Part shown: piece after piece, positions 23,559-32,492 of the stretch
Layout: each line of letters starts with the position of its first letter
Numbering within the stretch: position 1 is the stretch's first letter
Assembly: GCF_001194135.2 (NCBI RefSeq)
Contig: NC_068981.1
Coordinates: 49,789,763-49,822,254, forward strand
Direction of reading: 5' to 3'
Source of the DNA: Octopus bimaculoides
Taxonomy: Eukaryota
Length of the DNA stretch: 32,492 nt
The notes under the pieces: model-generated
Database searches by the model: none
What the model was told of the DNA's origin: nothing
What the model saw: only the letters and a program-made list of their open reading frames with translations
Made by a program: the position numbers and the translations under genes

Positions 23559-24035
23559 AAGCAACCATACTCTGGGAAATACCAATACACACAGATAGAG
23601 AAATTAAGGCCAATACACCAGATATAGTTGTCAAAGATCATGAAGTAAAAAAAATGCTTTCTAATTGATGTATCAATACCAGCAGATGACAACGTTTCCC
23701 TAAAAGAAATGGAAAAACTTTCAAAATACAAAGACCTGGAAATAGAGGTAACTCGAATGTGGAATCTAAAAACAGAAACTATTCCTATCATAGTAGGTGC
23801 CTTATGTATTCAGACAAATACATAACAAAAGCACCAGGACTTACAAATATATATAACATACAGAAAATTGCACTATTGGGTACTGCACACATCCTACGCA
23901 AAATACTTTCAATACAGTAACCATAAGAGCATCACAGCAAACCACAGCACATACCCAAGGCACACAGAGCTGTGCTCGGTAGTGAAGTGAAATCAGGTTA
24001 TAAAAATAAAACAACTGAACAATAATTATAATAAT
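23558..24035 (+). mobile_element. 5'-truncated R4/Dong-type non-LTR retrotransposon: restriction-like endonuclease C-terminus and 3' UTR
   Basis: KATILWEIPIHTDREIKANTPDIVVKDH / CFLIDVSIPADDNVSLKEMEKLSKYKDLEIEVTRMWNLKTETIPIIVGAL / YSDKYITKAPGLTNIYNIQKIALLGTAHILRKILSIQ* (stop 23918-23920). This is the PD...D...K..KY RLE motif, with two frameshifts. The 3' UTR ends in degenerate aataattataataat. Confidence 0.88.
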
Positions 24036-24350
24036 GAAATGATCAGTTAGGGTAGAGCACCAGAGAAAAAGAATAATCACTAAAAACCATAATAAAATAT
24101 CCATACCTTATTAACTTCAATAGCAAAGATTTATAGAAAATGTATAATAATTTAAGTATTATGAGCTACAAATTGTTAATTAACTTATGTAACCTATTAT
24201 AATCAGGACTGAAACCCGATATTGCTTAAAAGAATAATTGTTGTGTGTTTATGTCCATGTTTGTGTGTTCATGTTAACTATAGTACGCGCGAGTGTGTGC
24301 GTGAGAGAGACAGAATGTGGGAGGGGGTGAGCGTGTGTTTGTGGTGATTA

Positions 24351-24530
24351 CTGGTAAGTTTAACGTCATCAATTTACCGGGAAGAGATTTCACCGTCTGG
24401 AAGTTTACCGAGGAAATATATGCATAAAATATCACCATTAATAATTAACAATTTTATTGACAAAAAAAAAAGATTGATTTTGCGACGGTGAAATTTACCT
24501 GCGTTTGGCTGATGACGATTAACTCACCGG
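24351..24530. mobile_element. Degenerate MITE-like element with imperfect terminal inverted repeats
   Basis: ggtaagtttaacgtcatca (24353-) pairs with tgatgacgattaactcacc (24510-24528). atttcaccgtc (24387-24397) is the exact reverse complement of gacggtgaaat (24484-24494). AT-rich centre, no clear TSD. Confidence 0.5.
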
Positions 24531-24833
24531 ATATGGTTTGTGCATGCATATATATACATGCTGAATGTTACCGTTTATGTTGGCTGACAGAACATTTGCA
24601 TTTGGGCTGCAACCAGAAGCATTACTTTGCCTGCTGGAATGGCGGATGTAGTCACCAATCGTGAGAGGCGTGGTGTACTCTTTGGTGCGAACTGGTTCGA
24701 TCCACCTTGATTGAATGCCGCTAAATATACAAGCAATATATGGAATTCTATATTTTAGTTGGAATACTTACGAATATATGACATATTTCTTTGACTCCCC
24801 ACCACTAACTCAACATCAAGTAATAGCAACTAT

Positions 24834-24865
<32 letters not shown>

Positions 24866-25340
24866 NNNNNNNNNNNNNNNNNNNNNNNNNNNNNNNNNNN
24901 NNNNNNNNNNNNNNNNNNNNNNNNNNNNNNNNNNNNNNNNNNNNNNNNNNNNNNNNNNNNNNNNNNNNNNNNNNNNNNNNNNNNNNNNNNNNNNNNNNNN
25001 NNNNNNNNNNNNNNNNNNNNNNNNNNNNNNNNNNNNNNNNNNNNNNNNNNNNNNNNNNNNNNNNNNNNNNNNNNNNNNNNNNNNNNNNNNNNNNNNNNNN
25101 NNNNNNNNNNNNNNNNNNNNNNNNNNNNNNNNNNNNNNNNNNNNNNNNNNNNNNNNNNNNNNNNNNNNNNNNNNNNNNNNNNNNNNNNNNNNNNNNNNNN
25201 NNNNNNNNNNNNNNNNNNNNNNNNNNNNNNNNNNNNNNNNNNNNNNNNNNNNNNNNNNNNNNNNNNNNNNNNNNNNNNNNNNNNNNNNNNNNNNNNNNNN
25301 NNNNNNNNNNNNNNNNNNNNNNNNNNNNNNNNNNNNNNNN
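24866..25340. other. Assembly gap flanked by (TA)n on both sides
   Basis: N run. Confidence 1.
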
Positions 25341-28300
25341 TATATATATATATATATATATATATATGATTGTGTATATATGCATATATATATACAAGTA
25401 TATTCATATATATATATGATACAAGCTTCACATGTCTCTTTCTATACACGTCATATTAATAGATGTGAAAATAAGCCCGTTATGCACGAACCTAAGAATT
25501 ATTACAAAGTACATCAACGTGTATATTACAGTTTTCTAAACTATATCAAGTGTTTTTCTTAACAATTTCATAGTAGTAAGCTAACACCATCATTATCGTA
25601 ATATGTTTATTATTTTGCGTAAAAAAAACACTGAATAAATAATATAAACATTTAATGGAGAGGGCTTTTATAGTAAAACTGTTGATTCACTTCTATTAAT
25701 GTGTGTATTACTAAAATATCTGTGTGCATGTTATGTTTTATTCGGCGTAATTTTCTCAAGCTTCATGGATCGCTTATTTTGTTACTCCATATATTCAATA
25801 TCGTTTAAGTACTAGAATTCTCAGCTGACTAGAGGCGACACATTACACATTTTTATTAAAGTGTTTCTGCAAACCAAATGTTTATCATAATTTTTGCATC
25901 GATGGACCGAGATCAATTATGGTCTGAGAAATATAAATGAATTGAGCACAGTGGGAAAACAAATCTGTGGAAAGATTCTATTCATTTTTATGATTCAGTA
26001 CAAACCTGTGAGCTTCATAAACCAAAGAAGAGAGCACTTACATCAAGCTCGCCGAAACTCTAACACTTTTTGTTTGGCAATTGATGTCTCTGTTATTTCC
26101 TAATTGACATTGATATTATACAAATTTGTTGATCTCTAACACTCGTCAATAGATTTTATCGATATATTTGGAATGCTGACCATTGAATCACTACTAAAAT
26201 TGGTCTCTGATGTAAAATGATCGATATCTTGTGTTCCCTTTTACATTGGAAAAAGTTTCATTTTTGTTATTTTATGCTTAATATTTCTTTTTCGTTTGTT
26301 ATTGTATTTATTTTAATTTGCTGTAAGCATTTTGCAAAAGAAACCCAACCATAGCAATCAAATATATTATTTTTCTCTTAGCTTCATATAGTCAATCATT
26401 TCTTTTTTACTTCTTCATACATTTAAATATAAATGCTGCTTTGTATTATTTGTGCTTGATGTTTATCAAGTTTTGGATAACAATGTAGTGTATTTGATTC
26501 ATTCAATACTCTATACATGTGAAACATTGTTTCATCCAAGTTCATAAATGCATTATTTTGAATTATTTACTTGATATATTTTACACATAAAATGTACGCC
26601 TATTTATCGGAAAGGAAGACAATTTACAATTTAAAGCAGTTAAACACGACAAAAATGTTGAGAAATAAATATATATATGAAAACAGCAATAAACAAACAA
26701 AAGAAAAGGCACGGTTACACGGTTACTTATACATCGTACTTGGGGACACATATTGCTTTCTAAAATGATCCGAGTCAGCTAAAACAAGCAATGATTATAC
26801 CACAGTGGATAAAGAAACTGATCTAGCTACCGTAGGTTGAAAAATGCAATCTACCGATAATTTATAGCGTTTTATTACACTATTCTGTTCAAATGCGGAT
26901 TCAGAACGCCCTACACGATTTGGTGTTTGCAATATATGTTGATATAGGTTTTCTTCATATAAGATGTTAGCATTAGCACAATGGAAACGATAGATTATTA
27001 AAATTAAAATAATGTTTTTAATGTTGAACTTCTTACTGATGTTGTGCTCTCTAGTCTTGCCGAGCAAATCTGAAGTTATCATAGAGTTGATCATGGGAGA
27101 GTATAAAACTGGAAAAGCAAGGTTTACATGTATGCTTGATTATTCAGGTGATAAAACGATGATGAGAATCGGTATAAGTTGAAGTTTCAGAAGGTGGCGA
27201 AGAGGATTACCAAGTTTGGGAGCATGACGGGATTTACACAAGCAATTGGGTAGGTAGTAGGTTCTATAATGTTTAAATATATTACCAAGATTATAGAAAA
27301 AGAATTCTTATAGATCTGATGCAATTGATGAATGGATGGAATGTATTCCGAATCTCCCCTGGAATGACATTTGGCTCTATTTATAGTCATGTTCATCCTC
27401 AAATGTTATATTATCTTCTGCTCTCCAATAAAAGCGGAAACTAAATATCACGCATGATTCGTTGTGCTAAGGCAAATAAACAGTGGGACTTGCCCTGGAT
27501 TCATGGAGATTGAGGGTGAGCTGTAGATGCGCATAATCTAAATTAAGTTCATACATACAATTTATTCTGCGGGAGGGAGCAAAACACCAGAAGCTCCACG
27601 GATGTTCTACGTTACGCAGGATAAAGTACTGTGATTATGTAACATTTGTGCCTTTTGAATCATGGAAACAACGTCTAATGGGTGAAGTGCATGACTAGAA
27701 ATGATCAACAAAATTTCCAGAATAGCATTCTCAAACGTAGAATGCATTATGCCTTTCACACTCATCAGATCAAATGCTGCTGTTTACTTTCACCGTGCCA
27801 TACGAAAGCACAGTTCAGAGAACCATTACCTACAATGCTAAAGAATGTAGTTAAACAATCAAACTGGGAGAATCTGGTTTCGAAGCTAAAGTCCATAGAG
27901 ATGGAATAAATAGGGATCGTATACAAATCAGCTCACAGTCTCATTAAATATCTTCCAATGTCTTAGGAATGTTAGTACCAGAACTCTTAGAGCAGCGTCA
28001 AAAGCAGCAGACAAGAGTTCCAATTGGATTTGAGGATTAACTACACTTTCGTACCTAGATGTTCACAACTTCCAAAATACTTTACTTCCGAGGCACCTTG
28101 ATAAACCAGGATGATATTAAGTAATATAAATTACAAAAAATCGCCTATATATGATTGTATACAGAGAGTGTGAGAACCATTTGCTTGTGTGCCACGATGA
28201 TGAGTGTGTAAGATTAAATCCATTTGCTAACTAAAAGAAGCGCTAATGTTGTAAACACCGTCTTCTGCACAAACCCAATGCATGTGTTCTGCTTGTTCAT

Positions 28301-28847
28301 CAGTTTGCGGCAGTACTTTGCTAAGAATCATGGAAAAGTGAAGCAATACCCCTCCAGTACCATGCAGAAGTAATCGGTACCGATATTTTCCTATTTTTGT
28401 GGTTTATCAAGATCACGTACCTGAATAGAATCACCAGTCTGTGGGTAGTGATTACTTATTTATTTGTTGGTTGCTGTGGTACACCCGATGTCGTTTCGTG
28501 TGTGAGTTAGGTCTTGTACCCACTCTTTTTTTTATTATCTTATTGCCAGGAAAGTGTTGTTGGAAGCGTATTCTGTTTGAAAGACAGCTTCACAGTTTGA
28601 AAACCAAGTGGCACTTTTTTCCCAGTGTTAGAGGGATTTCAGTTCTTCTTTGTCACAATCTTCTTTCCATTGTTTTGAGATCTTCTTGGTTGATCTCCTC
28701 ATCAATGGATTTTACTTTATTTTCATTCGGCTCAGCCCTCGTTTTTATAAGTTATATTTCCATCTTCAATTTTCGAGAGACATTCTTTCCCTAAGGCGTC
28801 TTTGGGCCTCAGGTTCATCGATAATGGCTTTGACCTGGAGTTAGTGG

Positions 28848-28852
<5 letters not shown>

Positions 28853-28884
<32 letters not shown>
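28853..28884. repeat. (TA)n microsatellite
   Basis: Visible repeat. Confidence 0.95.
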
Positions 28885-28887
<3 letters not shown>

Positions 28888-29019
28888 GTCTTCTTTCTCG
28901 TATACAATAATAGCCATTGCTAGAAAGAATAATTGAAACGAGCCACTGTTAATGCAACTCGATGAATTTATATGATTCTTAAGCCCACGAAAGATTTGCA
29001 CATTTTATTGCATAATGCA

Positions 29020-29055
29020 GTTGTGCTAGTTGGCAGAAGAAAGCGTTACCGCAGC
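29020..29055 (+). mobile_element. Possible degraded SINE family B head running into a gap
   Basis: gctagttggcagaagaaagcgttacc resembles gagctggcagaa.cgttagc. Confidence 0.3.
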
Positions 29056-29793
29056 NNNNNNNNNNNNNNNNNNNNNNNNNNNNNNNNNNNNNNNNNNNNN
29101 NNNNNNNNNNNNNNNNNNNNNNNNNNNNNNNNNNNNNNNNNNNNNNNNNNNNNNNNNNNNNNNNNNNNNNNNNNNNNNNNNNNNNNNNNNNNNNNNNNNN
29201 NNNNNNNNNNNNNNNNNNNNNNNNNNNNNNNNNNNNNNNNNNNNNNNNNNNNNNNNNNNNNNNNNNNNNNNNNNNNNNNNNNNNNNNNNNNNNNNNNNNN
29301 NNNNNNNNNNNNNNNNNNNNNNNNNNNNNNNNNNNNNNNNNNNNNNNNNNNNNNNNNNNNNNNNNNNNNNNNNNNNNNNNNNNNNNNNNNNNNNNNNNNN
29401 NNNNNNNNNNNNNNNNNNNNNNNNNNNNNNNNNNNNNNNNNNNNNNNNNNNNNNNNNNNNNNNNNNNNNNNNNNNNNNNNNNNNNNNNNNNNNNNNNNNN
29501 NNNNNNNNNNNNNNNNNNNNNNNNNNNNNNNNNNNNNNNNNNNNNNNNNNNNNNNNNNNNNNNNNNNNNNNNNNNNNNNNNNNNNNNNNNNNNNNNNNNN
29601 NNNNNNNNNNNNNNNNNNNNNNNNNNNNNNNNNNNNNNNNNNNNNNNNNNNNNNNNNNNNNNNNNNNNNNNNNNNNNNNNNNNNNNNNNNNNNNNNNNNN
29701 NNNNNNNNNNNNNNNNNNNNNNNNNNNNNNNNNNNNNNNNNNNNNNNNNNNNNNNNNNNNNNNNNNNNNNNNNNNNNNNNNNNNNNNNNNNNN
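29056..29793. other. Assembly gap followed by (TA)n to ~29827
   Basis: N run. Confidence 1.
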
Positions 29794-29830
<37 letters not shown>

Positions 29831-30218
29831 CGTTTTTGGATTTGGTTTACAAGATTTTTTATGTGATTTCGTGTGTTGAAGCATATTCTGTTGTGTCTGG
29901 GGAGAGTCATTTTCTTATTGTGCCTTAAAATTTAACAAACTCACCGTTAAAATTTCCACTTATTTCTTATTTTTATTTTCCTATATATATATCAGGATAT
30001 GCATAAGCTGAGCATGTTTACCTATGCAGGATTATATAACTTAATATTTTACATTACATTTCTACTCATTTCGTTTTCGTTGTCGTCAGTTTATTTAAAC
30101 TTTCTGTCACTCTATTTTTCCTTGCGTATACAAATGACGAAATTCCAAATTGACAGCAAATGGTGCATACTAATGCAGAAAGTCAATTAATATGGTAGGT
30201 ATTCAATGTAACATTCAT

Positions 30219-30287
30219 CACACACATACACACACACAAACACACAAACACACACACACACATACACACACACATACACACACACAC
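30219..30287. repeat. Imperfect (CA)n / (CACACAAA) microsatellite
   Basis: Visible repeat. Confidence 0.9.
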
Positions 30288-32377
30288 CAGTAATTAGCTT
30301 ACGGAACATAAACAAATGCACAACTTATCACTCTTAGCTTATTACCGTGTTGTACCTATGCAAACAGCTAATCAGTTCGTTTTCCAAATTTGGCCACTAA
30401 ATTCAACTGAGAATTACTATTTGGGTACAAATATGGATCTAGTTATTATTTCATGTCTCCCATGAATTATCAATCTCTCTACAATATTTTACTTACTTAT
30501 TATAAATACCTTTCTTTTTGCTTTCAATTTTAAATGTTTTGGAACTACATTAATATTTGATGTGCTTCTAACCGAAAGCATACCTATTTTTTGTAACCAA
30601 ACACAATAAAGTTCCATTTCTCTCATATCCATGCTATTTATTGAAATTTAAATGTTCATATTCTAATAAAGAATTGATTTCGCTAACTCTTTCAATAATT
30701 CTTGAGAAGCAATTTTTGAAAGTTATATTCTGACACATATATTGTTGATTTCTTTCATGATTAATTTTCTACTGCTATTGTCACTTTAACATGACCGTTA
30801 CCGCTTGTAAGTATAGATGCGTGCATGTATGGTCGAATAATGTTTCAGTAGATAATTTAGAAATATATACTGTTGTTAGTGTAAATAAATAAATTATTAG
30901 ATAATGGAAAGTGATGTACTGTTTGACGTATTTAACAGAGCAAAGAAAGACACTTCTTGAGTTAAGATGAAATATATATATAGTCATAAAACAAATGGTG
31001 CTTTTGTTATTAAGAATAAGACCTTCGAAATCATTTTATCACATATGAAGCTTTTACGTTACTTGATTTTAGCAGTTGTGAAGATAAAGAACAAAAGGAA
31101 ATTGAACATACGAAACCTGTATAATATGCAAGAAAATGTATCTTCGATACTGGCATAATGGTTTATATCTAACCTAAAGAGGAAGAATAACATTGAAAAT
31201 GATACATTGATATCACAATCGATAATATATTTCCTGCTGTGGATAAAATGCTCCAAATTTGATATGATCACCAAAGTTGAAGAACTATATCTGTTCAGAT
31301 AACGTCGGAGTTGATTAGAATTACGTCTACGAGGTCATGATATTAGTCAATATTCTATAGAAACTGAATGTTACCATACGTGTATGTTCCTACACCACAC
31401 AATGCTATAATAGAACAAAAGAGCAGCAACAATTTGCTAAGTCATAAAAAAGCAATCAAATAACCAGTCAACCAGATCTGAATAACACGTTGAATCATAT
31501 TAATGCTTCAATATTACATTACCTATGGGACATCTTCCATAGGCAAATTTGTAAATATATTGCCAGTGCGAAGGTAATTTACTGCAAATGGAACGAGGGC
31601 ACATTATATGCCATATACAATGGTGTGAAATTTTAATGGTTATAGATATTTCTCAAACTGGAAAACATTCCTATGAGATTTGAAACAAATTTTAATAGTA
31701 AAACAAATCTTTAAAATACTCAGATAAGAGCTGTAAATGTGTTTGAATTTCATCCGTAATATCATTTAGTTTGCAATAGACATGCATATAAAATATCGTG
31801 ATTGCTTTGAACTCCAGATCAATTCACATTATGATTGAATAAATAATTTATTTAAACTATTTAAGAAATGGAAATAAAGATAAATTTAACAAACCAACAA
31901 AATAAACAAGATGATTTTCACATTAAGAAACATATTCATGGTAAAGAAATAGATGTACATAACCACAAACATCAACGTATAATACGTTAAGCAATGACAA
32001 TAACACAATCAATCTGACATGGATATTTGACACTAGAAAGGGAAACAATAAAGAAACAATAGAAGTAAAGTACCATTCAAATTTGAAGTATGAAATACCC
32101 AAATGCTAGAACAGAATGTTGACACGTTCATAATCCTTTGAATTTTGAGTGGCGTTTTCGGGATTGTCAAGAAAATTCTAAGTACAAATATTGTAATATT
32201 AAACTTTCTATATATGTGGGCTGCAGTGCATAGGTCGCGTTTCCCCGACTCGACGAGAAGGACCCGGAAATTACTCGTCATGACGAACAAATAGAAAGAA
32301 CTCAATAACAAATATTTAGAATATACAAAAAAACTCGTCCTCAAAATAGATGATATGTTTAGAAAGCATAATCAAAC

Positions 32378-32460
<83 letters not shown>

Positions 32461-32492
32461 AAGAAGAAGAAGAAGAAGAAGAAGAAGAAGAA
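32378..32492. repeat. Compound (AAT)n-(AAG)n microsatellite running off the window end
   Basis: AAT units to 32430, then AAG units to 32492. Confidence 0.97.

Noticed and set aside
24665-24706. tRNA-like A/B boxes (ggcgtggtgta...ggttcgatcc)
   Set aside because: Box spacing is too short and no cloverleaf forms. At most a degraded SINE head, not a tRNA gene.
27755-27775. Minus-strand CTGATGA-gtgt-GAAA resembling a hammerhead core
   Set aside because: Stem I cannot form with the downstream sequence, stem II is not paired, and there is no PLE context.
32033-32344. 103-aa minus-strand ORF and a small CpG-rich patch at ~32220-32290
   Set aside because: F/L/I-rich composition is typical of AT-rich non-coding DNA, and no motif is recognised.

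Overview
AT-rich, microsatellite-laden eukaryotic genomic DNA with seven N-gaps. The two recurrent tRNA-derived SINE families are recognised from memory as Octopus SINEs, so this is probably an octopus scaffold, either intronic or intergenic. No complete gene is visible. Most ORFs in the supplied track are artefacts of microsatellites or N-runs. Three decayed retroelements are supported by protein motifs: a Penelope-like element (RT thumb + GIY-YIG, minus strand, ~60-1290), a CR1/L2-type LINE (APE + RT, ~19352-21384) and the 3' end of an R4/Dong-type RLE LINE sitting in an (AAT)n tract (~23558-24035). At least seven SINE copies or fragments are present. The most unusual structure is a ~750-bp modular foldback element at ~6534-7280, built from ~146-150-bp monomers in direct and inverted orientation with an internal perfect hairpin. 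A few plus-strand candidate exons with good splice sites may belong to an unidentified host gene. I did not find a clearly novel protein-coding system.
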